DNA of 64,000 bases, from contig OY970067.1 of the NCBI GenBank assembly GCA_963705305.1, positions 3,520,001-3,584,000 of the forward strand, given 5' to 3'. Positions 51,397 through 59,575 of the stretch are shown here, one piece after another. The notes below the pieces were generated by a model, which saw only the letters and a program-made list of their open reading frames with translations, was not told where the DNA came from and made no database searches. A program made the translations under genes and the position numbers. Origin of the DNA: an uncultured Methylomirabilota bacterium. Its GTDB lineage: Bacteria; Methylomirabilota; Methylomirabilia; Methylomirabilales; 2-02-FULL-66-22. Within the stretch, counting starts at the first letter, position 1, and each line of letters begins with the position of its first letter.

Positions 51397-51831
51397 TGAC
51401 GGCCCGAGAATTGCCTCGGGTACGGGACCTCCGTTCCCAGCCCTCATGCTCCCTCCTGTTTTCCCTGCTCCTGGTTGACTGGGGCCCCGGCAAGGCTCGA
51501 ATCGGGCTTTGAGTCCCGCTGGGCCCCAGCCCAATGGTCGCGGTGGCTTAGGCATCCGGGTTTGGGGAACATCGGCGCGCTCCGGGCTCCTCTCACCCGG
51601 CGCCAGGGCGCCCTCCCGGGCGGCGATCGCCGCCTGCCAGTCCGCCAGGGCGCCGAACTGTACCGCCTCGTCCATCCCCACGTTCTGGAGGAGGGCCGCG
51701 AACAGATACAGCCGATCCTGGGCCCGGGCGTGCATGTGTCCGTCCGTCAGTTCCAGCGGCCAGGTGAGCGTCAGGTACTGCGCCTCGGTGAGCGGCTGCG
51801 GCGCGCGGCCGACGGTCCAGTCGGTGTGCAT
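51328..51831 (-). CDS. Hypothetical protein (3' part runs through repeat copy B and may be non-native)
   Basis: AAAGGAGG SD; N-terminal ~75 aa look protein-like. Confidence 0.45.
   Translation of the reverse strand: MHTDWTVGRAPQPLTEAQYLTLTWPLELTDGHMHARAQDRLYLFAALLQNVGMDEAVQFGALADWQAAIAAREGALAPGERSPERADVPQTRMPKPPRPLGWGPAGLKARFEPCRGPSQPGAGKTGGSMRAGNGGPVPEAILGPSSLRNYDQSTPKLGQCKGEPGNV
51441..51576. repeat. 136-bp diverged direct repeat, copy B
   Basis: Colinear with 37282-37417. Confidence 0.75.
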
Positions 51832-51903
51832 ACAGCCTCCTTTCTGGGGTTCGTCAACGGCACCACTATCGATCTGCGGCGCGTCCGCCGTGTGCGCACG
51901 TCC

Positions 51904-52659
51904 TCAGTTCCAGCAGCCTGGGGCGAAGGCAGCGCCAGGCGACGACCGGAGACGGGTGGCTTCCATGGCCTGGGACGCGAGCAGCAGGCGGAGGGGCCGC
52001 AGCTCCTGGGGTGACCGCCGGACCTCCCGGATCACATCGGAGGTGAGGTAGCTCTCCCGCAGCACGATGGCGCGACCCGGGTAGGCCTGCTGCGCCCAGC
52101 CGATCGGGATCCCGGTCCGCTGGAACCGGTACAGGTCGAGGGGCCCGGAGTCGGCCGGCTCGATGTGCCAGGCGTAGAGCCGCATGGTCCCCATCTCCAG
52201 GTCCTCCGCGGCCCGCCCCAGGGTGCCGACGAACGTGGTCGAGTCGCCGGGGCCGGTCGGCACCGTCCACTCGTACCGGACCTGGTGCCCGAGGTAGCGC
52301 TCGCGCTTGAGCAGGCGGGGCTGCAGCACGGCGGCGAAGGTCCGGACGCAGCTGGCCCCGTGCCCGGCGAACTCCCCGAGGACCGGCTTCGGGGCCGGGG
52401 ACGGGATCCACTCCCCGACCCAGGACCAGAACGCGTCGTGGTCTAGGGCAACGTACGCGTCCACGGGCCGGGGCGACCGCTGGAGCTCCGTCTTGCCGAT
52501 GATCGTCGCCAGCGTCTCCTGCACCCCGGTGGAGACCAGTCGCGTCAGGGCCGGCGCATCCGCCCCCCAGATGGGCTGCCGCTGGAGGCAGCTCCAGCGG
52601 CGGCAGCTGCCGAGATCCGGGGGGACCGGGACCCCGTGGTCCGGACTCCGTGAACCCAT
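51904..52659 (-). CDS. Hypothetical protein, possibly a degenerate PD-(D/E)XK nuclease-like fold
   Basis: AAGGAGG SD; N-terminal CRRW, FVGTLGR, RESYL, C-terminal PGCW; resemblance weak. Confidence 0.45.
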   Translation of the reverse strand: MGSRSPDHGVPVPPDLGSCRRWSCLQRQPIWGADAPALTRLVSTGVQETLATIIGKTELQRSPRPVDAYVALDHDAFWSWVGEWIPSPAPKPVLGEFAGHGASCVRTFAAVLQPRLLKRERYLGHQVRYEWTVPTGPGDSTTFVGTLGRAAEDLEMGTMRLYAWHIEPADSGPLDLYRFQRTGIPIGWAQQAYPGRAIVLRESYLTSDVIREVRRSPQELRPLRLLLASQAMEATRLRSSPGAAFAPGCWN

Positions 52660-52979
52660 GGTTGCCTCCTTTGACCCCCTGGCGGGGCCGGGCGGGGTCC
52701 TGCCGTTCACCCGAGGCGCGGGCCCGGGACGACCGGGCCGGGGGAGGGGGGCCCACGGCTTGGAGCCCGAGCCGTCGTAATGGGACATCGACAGCCCGGA
52801 CGAAGACCGGCGTGCCGACAGGGATCCATCCGCTCTCCTCTGCGGCCCCGGTCGCCGGGGGCCAGCGCGCTGCTTCGACTCCATCGGCAGTTTCGGGGCC
52901 GGGGACCACTGTTTTTTGAGCTTTTTCACCGCCTCCAATCCAAAATCGAGCACGGGCCCCAACCCGGCGCCCACAACCG

Positions 52980-53585
52980 CTATGCGGATTCGGGGGCGGC
53001 CGCCCCGGGCACATCCTCCAGGAGCCGCTCGGCGGCCGCGTCGTAGAAGGCGACGGCGCGCTTGAGCTGCGGCGGGCGCATCGTGGTGTAGATGTTCGTG
53101 GTGTCCAGGCGGCTGTGGTCGAGCAGGGCGCGCACCTCCTCCACGTTGTTGCGCTGCTCGAGGACCTCCATGGCCACCCCGTGCCGCAGGTCGTGGGGCT
53201 TCAGGGTCGGGGCACCGATCCGGCGCCCGTAGACCTTGCACAGCCGCCAGATGTTCTTCCCGGTCATGGGCCGCCGGATCTTCCCGAGGGCCTTCCGCGC
53301 CCAGGTAGACCAGAAGAGCGGGGTCTCCGGATCCAGCGGGCCCCGGACCCGCAGGACACGGTCGACGTAGCGGTGGAGGAACCGCATCACGGGCGCGGGG
53401 ACCGGGATGTCCTGGACCTTCCCGCCTTTCCCGCGGACCGCGCGCAGCCCCCATTCGCCGTCCAGGTTCCGGAGCCGGAGCCGGGCGACCGCCTCCCGCC
53501 GCATGGCGGTGTAGCGGAGGAGGAGAAAGACGGCCAGATCCCGGTCCCGGCCCCGCGCCTTGGCCGCCCGGACCAGGGCGTCCAT
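52980..53585 (-). pseudogene. Tyrosine recombinase/integrase catalytic domain, apparently N-terminally truncated
   Basis: TAMRREA (R), GKGGK (K), HDLRH, LDH, TTNIY (Y); no core-binding domain upstream. Confidence 0.8.
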
Positions 53586-53606
53586 GAGACAGGGGGCCGG
53601 CAAAGA

Positions 53607-53639
53607 AAGTGCTCGGAATCCAAAGGATTTCGGGCACTT
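53607..53639 (+). repeat. Diverged copy of the post-tRNA-Glu hairpin
   Basis: AAGTGCTCGGAATCCAAAGGATTTCGGGCACTT, 29/33 identical to 16834-16866. Confidence 0.7.
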
Positions 53640-53748
53640 ACTGTATTCAGGCGCAGTAGGGGACATGTAACCCGCTTGATTGCCCACGAGCCTCCCGGTT
53701 GCCCCGCTGAATCCGACGGCTCATCCCCATGCAAACGATGAGGAGCCA

Positions 53749-54021
53749 ATGGCTACCCATGGCCAGGTGTTGTCAGTCCGAGTGTCGCCGAAACGGGGAG
53801 GTTCACGATTGACAGCCCATGCTTATGCCGATACCCTTCGCCCGAAGTTTCCGAGAATTTCTCCTGTGGCCAAGGGGATGCTCTCGGAAACCGCACTGGC
53901 GCAATTGGGCATCAGCTCGTCATACGTGCCGTTGAAGCCGATCCTGCCTCGGATTTGTATCAGTCGGCCCGGGCGGACAGGATGGCGACGCCCATGTGCG
54001 CAGCGCAAGACTTGCCCATGA
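53749..54021 (+). CDS. Hypothetical protein
   Basis: GAGGAG SD, 90 aa; may be frameshifted with the next ORF. Confidence 0.35.
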   Translation: MATHGQVLSVRVSPKRGGSRLTAHAYADTLRPKFPRISPVAKGMLSETALAQLGISSSYVPLKPILPRICISRPGRTGWRRPCAQRKTCP

Positions 54022-54025
54022 GCCC

Positions 54026-54199
54026 ATGACCCCCTCACAGGACCCCGCCGCGTTCGCGGCCAAGATCATGGAGGATCCGGCTCTATTCGACTATTGGGTC
54101 GTACGACATCCGCAGCGACTCTCCGCACTGCTCGGCTTTTGTGACCAGGGGCTCGGAATACTGCTGGAACGTCTCGACGGCGTTCCAGCCAACAGATAG
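54026..54199 (+). CDS. Hypothetical protein
   Basis: 57-aa ORF ending at the SD of the next gene. Confidence 0.35.
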   Translation: MTPSQDPAAFAAKIMEDPALFDYWVVRHPQRLSALLGFCDQGLGILLERLDGVPANR

Positions 54200-54209
54200 G
54201 AGGACGGCT

Positions 54210-54818
54210 ATGGCTAACGGGGAGCGGGCACAGCGAAAAGGCGGCGCACCAGCGGGGAAGCCGCCCAAGGCGAATCCTCAAGCGGAGCATGGCGAGCGTG
54301 AGTCATTCGCGGATGCCGTAGCCGATGTTGCCGTCGGCGCGGCCGAAGGTGCGCTCCGATCCACACCAGCCGGTGGCGCGGTCGCCGGCGCACTCGAGAA
54401 GATCCCCTGGGACAAGCTTATCGCCGCGCTGCTGGAGGGCGCAAAGGCAAAGAAGGACAAGGACTTCCTCAAGTCCTTCGTTAAGGCTGTCTTGAGCATC
54501 GACAATCTGAAGGATCTGCTCATCAAGCTCATCGACGACAGCCCGGTTCCGGATAAGGAAAAGGGGTGGATAGAGGGAGCCTTTCAGGGCTTCTACGACT
54601 GGCTGAATGGCAACGGGGACGCCGCTCTTGCCAGGGCGCGCAAGAAGAAAGCGTCGGAGGAGCTGAAGCCGCTCATACGCCAAGCGGAAGACTTGGCGCA
54701 CTCCATCGGACGCATGATCGACCGTGACGACTTTGACGAAGCCCGCAAGAATCTTAAAGATTCCCTTGTGCCGCTGCTGGAGAAGATTCGAGCCTGGATC
54801 AGCGCCAACGTCAAGTAG
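54210..54818 (+). CDS. Hypothetical alpha-helical protein
   Basis: AGGAGG SD; 202 aa, Lys/Asp/Glu-rich amphipathic helices; hairpins follow the stop. Confidence 0.7.
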   Translation: MANGERAQRKGGAPAGKPPKANPQAEHGERESFADAVADVAVGAAEGALRSTPAGGAVAGALEKIPWDKLIAALLEGAKAKKDKDFLKSFVKAVLSIDNLKDLLIKLIDDSPVPDKEKGWIEGAFQGFYDWLNGNGDAALARARKKKASEELKPLIRQAEDLAHSIGRMIDRDDFDEARKNLKDSLVPLLEKIRAWISANVK

Positions 54819-55275
54819 TACAGATCGAAGAACGTCCGCCCTGGAGATCTCAGGGTGGGCAGCAGTTGACGATGGCGCCCAACAATCAGTTGACAGGGAC
54901 GGCCCCGATTCGCGGGGCCGTCCCTGTGTTCGGGCCTCACCTTCCTCCGCCGGCAAGCTTTTTTCCATCCATCGCCTGGATTTGCCCTACCCAAGGAACC
55001 CCATTAGACTCGAATCCGTTCTGACTTCCGCCCCCCTCCCGTCCCCCCAGAGGGGGAGCGGGGGGCCGATCCGGCCGCCGGCAGGGGAAAAAGCGAGGGG
55101 AGCCGCGAAGTACTGGGTTCCCCTCTGCCGGATGGCCGTCCGCGCGGCGTCCCCCTGGCTCGCCCCGCAACCACGCCCTGCGCTGGCGTTAGGAGCCAGC
55201 TTACGCTAACATGCGAGTGGACCAATTCGTGGAGGCAGGACAGGGCAGACCAAAATCATGCGAAAGGAGACGATC

Positions 55276-55476
55276 ATGACGGAAAAATGCGAGTTCCTGA
55301 ATAAATGTGGATTCTTCTTGAATTTCAAAGGCAATACGCAGGTTGTCAAGGAAGGTTGGGTCAGAATGTTCTGTGAAGACAAAGATAAGTCAGAGAAGTG
55401 CGAGAGAAAAAAAATACGACTGCAGACAGGCAAACCACCTGCGGACAATATAGCTCCCACCGGAACAATGCTCTAA
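55276..55476 (+). CDS. Small Cys-rich hypothetical protein (putative metal-binding)
   Basis: AAGGAG SD; C-x5-C..FF...C...C.R...G.PP.N..P; low GC. Confidence 0.75.
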   Translation: MTEKCEFLNKCGFFLNFKGNTQVVKEGWVRMFCEDKDKSEKCERKKIRLQTGKPPADNIAPTGTML

Positions 55477-55556
55477 CGCCACTCGGACGGGCGTAGCGCC
55501 AGCTCCTATCATGCTGGCTAGCCGGCCGCTGCACTGCACAGCCCGGGGCCGCCGGC

Positions 55557-55830
55557 GAACTGCTCACGACTGAGCAGACGGCCCAGCGGCTCGGGATATC
55601 GGTGAAGTGCCTGCTTTCTCACAAGCGAAGAGGCAAGATCCAGCCGGCGGTGCAGAGGGGCAAGCTGCTCTGCCTCCGCTCCGGCGCGCTCTACCCCGGC
55701 GCCACCACCGATCTCGATCGGCGCTACGCAGAGCACCGAGCCGGCCGCGCCTGCCGTACCACGCGCGTCGATCCCCCGATCGCCCTCCTCTACGTCGAAG
55801 GCCTTCCCACGTTCTCGGCTGCGCGGCGGC
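55557..55830 (+). pseudogene. Chimeric remnant: excisionase-like HTH fragment joined to a GIY-YIG (YhbQ-like) fragment
   Basis: ELLTTEQTAQRLGISVKCL... then LRSGALYPGATTDLDRRYAEHRAG...AARRR; no proper start. Confidence 0.6.
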
Positions 55831-55869
55831 GCTCGGACCGACGGGTGATCGCAGTTCCAACCATGCCGC

Positions 55870-57389
55870 CCCTAATCTCCGGCTAAGCGGTGGCCAGCCG
55901 GGCGATCTTGCGCCGCGCCCGGACGAGCAAGGCGTGCTGCAGGGCGGCCGAGAGCCGCAAGAGCGTCCGTCGGGCATGCGCGACGACCTTCCCGACGGTG
56001 TTGAACAGCAGGAACCGGAGACGCTTCGGCCGGGCGGTCCGGAGATCTCCGGGTAAGGTCAACCGCTTGAGCGCGGTGAGCAGGTTGTAGGTGAGCACGT
56101 TCAGCCGGAACCAGGCGGCGTTCGCCCCGAACTTCCCACTGGGCAGCGCGGCGGCCGCCAGCTCGGTCTTGAGGACGTGATGGGTGTGCTCGATGGTCCC
56201 TGCTTTCTCCCGGTGCCACCGGAGGATCGTGAGCCCATCCTCCGGCCGATTGGTGACCACGGCGAAGTACTGCACGCTACTCCCGTCGGCGAAGAGGCTC
56301 CCCTGGCGTCGCTGGATACGCACCGCGAGGTAGCGGCGAACGCACGGCCGCGCCTTCCGGTGATCGCCATCCTCGGGGACGTAGGGGACTTCGGCCCAGG
56401 CCCGGATCGCCTCGGGCTCCTCCCGCTCGAGCTGCCAGGCGGCCGCGGGGAGGCGCCGGATCTCGGCCTGGAGCTGCGCGGACATATCGGCGCTAATCGC
56501 GTAGGCGATTTTCTTCTCCTCGCACCAGCGGAGGACCTCCGTCTCGTAGAGGGCGCTGTCGGCCCGCAGGGAGATGCGGTCCACGCCCTGGGGCAAGTTG
56601 GCCACCGCCTGTTCGAGGACGCGCACGTTGCCGCACCCGGCGGGCACCTGGCCATCGCGGAACTGGTCGTGCACGATGACATCGTGCTCGGCCCAGAGGA
56701 CCACGACGGGCTGGTAGCCCCGGGTCCCGTCGTAGGCCACGGTCGCCGCGTCCTTGTGGCTCTCGACGAGCGTCGCGTCCACATCCAGGGTGGCCGTCGC
56801 CGCCCGGGCCCCGCGCTGGACGCCCGCGACCAGCGTCCGGTTCGCCTGTCCGAGGCCCGCCAAGGGGGCGGACTCCAGGGGGACCGTGGCCGCGGGCCCG
56901 GCCACCCAGAGCGGCCCGTCCTCCACGTGGAAGGCCTCGAGGAAGTCCCGGACCGTGGTCGCGGCCGGCAGGGGGTAGCCGAGCAGCGTGGCCAGGGCCT
57001 GATCCTCCCGGAGCGTCGTGAGGTCCTGGCAGCGGTCCCCGCCGCTCGTCCACAACGCGACGAGACTCTCCACGAGCTGCGAGGGGGGTAATCCGCGCTG
57101 CCGCTGCTTGACCGCAACGTGGGTGTCGACGGCCTGGGCCACCCCGAGCTGGCGGAACAGCTCGATCACGAGCGGGACCCCGGCCCGGCCCGTGACCAGC
57201 GTGGGGTCGATCGCGTCATCGATCTCGAACGGCAACCGGGGCGAGGTGTCGGGCATCGCTCTCCTCCTTGTGGTGTTTGCACCCACTGGGTGAAACCAAG
57301 CAAGGCCGATGCCAACCCCGCGGGCCGCGCGCACTGCGGGCCGCTGCGTGATTCGCGATCCCCCTCAACTTCTTAGCCGGAGATTAGGG
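55870..57389 (-). mobile_element. IS1380-family insertion sequence, copy 2 (1520 bp)
   Basis: Same IRs as copy 1; flanking direct repeat GCCGC. Confidence 0.92.
55883..57256 (-). CDS. IS1380-family DDE transposase
   Basis: Protein identical to copy 1 except LSGAL->LSAAL. Confidence 0.9.
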   Translation of the reverse strand: MPDTSPRLPFEIDDAIDPTLVTGRAGVPLVIELFRQLGVAQAVDTHVAVKQRQRGLPPSQLVESLVALWTSGGDRCQDLTTLREDQALATLLGYPLPAATTVRDFLEAFHVEDGPLWVAGPAATVPLESAPLAGLGQANRTLVAGVQRGARAATATLDVDATLVESHKDAATVAYDGTRGYQPVVVLWAEHDVIVHDQFRDGQVPAGCGNVRVLEQAVANLPQGVDRISLRADSALYETEVLRWCEEKKIAYAISADMSAQLQAEIRRLPAAAWQLEREEPEAIRAWAEVPYVPEDGDHRKARPCVRRYLAVRIQRRQGSLFADGSSVQYFAVVTNRPEDGLTILRWHREKAGTIEHTHHVLKTELAAAALPSGKFGANAAWFRLNVLTYNLLTALKRLTLPGDLRTARPKRLRFLLFNTVGKVVAHARRTLLRLSAALQHALLVRARRKIARLATA

Positions 57390-57403
57390 GCCGCCGCCTT
57401 GGC

Positions 57404-57430
57404 TTGACAAGCGGCAGGGGCTCGTAGCAT
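57404..57430 (+). promoter_or_regulatory. Putative promoter of the transketolase operon
   Basis: TTGACA then TAGCAT (15-bp spacer, suboptimal). Confidence 0.35.
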
Positions 57431-57605
57431 CCTCCCGTCGTCGATCGAGGGGGCTGCGGCCTTCGGCGGCGTCCTTCGAACGAAAATTGACAGTCCTCCA
57501 TGGATGCCCGCTCCAGTGTCTGGGGGCACCTGTGTCCGGTCGAGCACGGCACCCCGGCCGGGCGCGGCGCCGGGGCCGAAACATAACAGCGCGGAGGCGA
57601 GACCA

Positions 57606-58469
57606 ATGGCACAATCGAGAGAGAACCTGATCGCCGATCTCCGAGCGAGAGCAACGCGACTCCGGCGCGAGTCGTTGCTCGTCATGAAAGAGATGGGGGC
57701 GGGCTGGCTGGGAGGGTCGTTCTCGTCGGCGGACTTCCTGACCGCGCTCTTCTTCTACCGGATGCGGCACGACCCGAAAAACCCGCGGTGGCCGGAGCGG
57801 GACCGGCTGATCATCTCGAAAGGGCATTCCTGCGAGTTCTTCTACGCCGCGCTCGCCGACGCCGGGTATATTCCGCGGGAAGAACTCCGGACGTACAGCC
57901 ATCCGGGCTCGCGGCTGCAGACCCATGTGGATTGCCGGACCCCCGGGATCGATTGCAGCGGGGGCTCCCTGGGGCTGGGGCTCTCCTTCGCGGTCGGATC
58001 GGCCATGGGCGCGTACATTCACCCGACAAGCGGCAATCTCTCCGCACAGGTCCGCCGGCAGCCGGCCCGATTCCGGGTGTACTGCGTGTTGGGGGATGGG
58101 GAGTGCAACGAGGGACAGGTCTGGGAGGCCGCCGCCAACGCGGCCCACTACCGCCTCGGCAACCTCACGGCCATCGTGGATCACAATCGGTTCCAGTCCA
58201 CCGGGTCGGTGGAGAAGAAGATGGACATGCTGTCCCTGGCGGAGAAGTTCCGCGCCTTCGGCTGGGAGACCCGGGAGATCGACGGCAACGACATGGATGA
58301 GGTGGTCCGCACCCTGGACTGGGCGGTCACCGTCGAACAGAGGCCTCAGGCCCTCATTGCGCGCACGGTCAAGGGGAAAGGCATGCCCTCCCTGGAGAAC
58401 ACGAACTGCCACTTCGTGAAGATCACCGAGGACGTCTTGAAGGTGGGACTCGAGGCCTTGAAGGGGTGA
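57606..58469 (+). CDS. Transketolase N-terminal (TPP-binding) subunit
   Basis: DRLIISKGH, GSLGLG, GDGECNEGQVWEA...N, TVKGKG. Confidence 0.92.
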   Translation: MAQSRENLIADLRARATRLRRESLLVMKEMGAGWLGGSFSSADFLTALFFYRMRHDPKNPRWPERDRLIISKGHSCEFFYAALADAGYIPREELRTYSHPGSRLQTHVDCRTPGIDCSGGSLGLGLSFAVGSAMGAYIHPTSGNLSAQVRRQPARFRVYCVLGDGECNEGQVWEAAANAAHYRLGNLTAIVDHNRFQSTGSVEKKMDMLSLAEKFRAFGWETREIDGNDMDEVVRTLDWAVTVEQRPQALIARTVKGKGMPSLENTNCHFVKITEDVLKVGLEALKG

Positions 58470-58509
58470 GGTCTGCGGCCGGGCCGAGGACCATGGAGGA
58501 GATCCGATT

Positions 58510-59487
58510 GTGAAAACGACATATCTGCGGGCGAGCAGGGAGCTGGCAGAGAACATGTACGCTGCCCACAACCGCGCGCTCGTCGAGCTGGCGCGGCGGA
58601 ACGGGCGGATCGTCTCCTGCTACGGGGACTTCCCGCCGGGCGAGGTGGGGGAGGTCTTCGCCAAGGAATGCCCCGACCGGCTGATCGACGTGGGGATCGC
58701 CGAGGGGCACCTCATCACCAGCGCCGCCGGCCTCGCGGATGCGGGCTATATCCCCTTCACGCACTGCCATGCGCTGTTCGCGCTGGGCCGCGGGTACAAC
58801 CAGATCAGGCAGAATGTGGCGTACGACAACCGGAACGTGAAGATCGTCCTGTGCAACGCGGGGGTCGTGTGGGGCGGGATAGGGCCCTCCCACCTGGCGG
58901 TGGAGGACGTGGCCGCGCTGCGGGCGGTGCCCAATCTGGCCTTGCTCTCCCCGGCCGACGCCGTCTCGAGCGAGAAGGCCACGCATGCGGCGGCAGCCCA
59001 CGCCGGCCCGGTGATTCTCCGGCTGCCGGCGGTCGGCGCGTCGTACCCGACCGTGTACACGCCCGATCTGGAATACCGCATCGGCCGGGCGATCTGGCTG
59101 CGGGAGGGGGGCGATGTGACGCTCATCGCCACGGGGATTCTGGTGGCGGACGCGCTCGCGGCGGCGGAGGAACTCGGCAAGAAGGGGATTCAGGCGGGCG
59201 TGCTGGACGTCCACACGATCAAGCCGCTGGATGAGGAGGCCGTGCTGGCGGCCGCCCGGGCGACCGGGGCCCTGGTCACGGCCGAGGATGCCAGCATCCT
59301 GGGAGGGCTGGGGAGCGCCGTGGCGGAGGTCACCACCGAGGCATGCCCCGTCCCGATCCGGCGGGTCGGCGTGAGAGACCAGTTCGGCGATTCCGGCACG
59401 TCTGCAGAGCTGAAGGAGTTGTTCGGCCTGACCGCGCCCGCGATCGTGCGGGCAGCGGAAGAAGTCCTGCGAGCAAAGCGGCGGTAG
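58510..59487 (+). CDS. Transketolase C-terminal subunit
   Basis: DVGIAEG, GPSH..ED, SPAD, HTIKPLD, GGLGSAVAE. Confidence 0.92.
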   Translation: MKTTYLRASRELAENMYAAHNRALVELARRNGRIVSCYGDFPPGEVGEVFAKECPDRLIDVGIAEGHLITSAAGLADAGYIPFTHCHALFALGRGYNQIRQNVAYDNRNVKIVLCNAGVVWGGIGPSHLAVEDVAALRAVPNLALLSPADAVSSEKATHAAAAHAGPVILRLPAVGASYPTVYTPDLEYRIGRAIWLREGGDVTLIATGILVADALAAAEELGKKGIQAGVLDVHTIKPLDEEAVLAAARATGALVTAEDASILGGLGSAVAEVTTEACPVPIRRVGVRDQFGDSGTSAELKELFGLTAPAIVRAAEEVLRAKRR

Positions 59488-59575
59488 AGACGCGGCGGCC
59501 GTCGAAGCCGCGGGCCCGCGCCGTGCGCACTCGCGACGGGCGCCCGCCCTTTCGGGGCGAAGAAACGAGGCGCGA

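Noticed and set aside
51832..51915. Fourth selenoprotein: C-W-N-TGA (CxxU) in frame with the downstream ORF
   Set aside because: The downstream ORF has its own strong SD, no known selenoprotein family is recognisable, and the weak hairpin is expected by chance in GC-rich DNA
52980..53585. Integron integrase IntI
   Set aside because: Lacks the IntI-specific insertion between patch II and box II
12159..57389. Composite transposon bounded by the two IS1380 copies
   Set aside because: Each copy has its own TSD, and the interval includes core genes (gltX, tRNAs)
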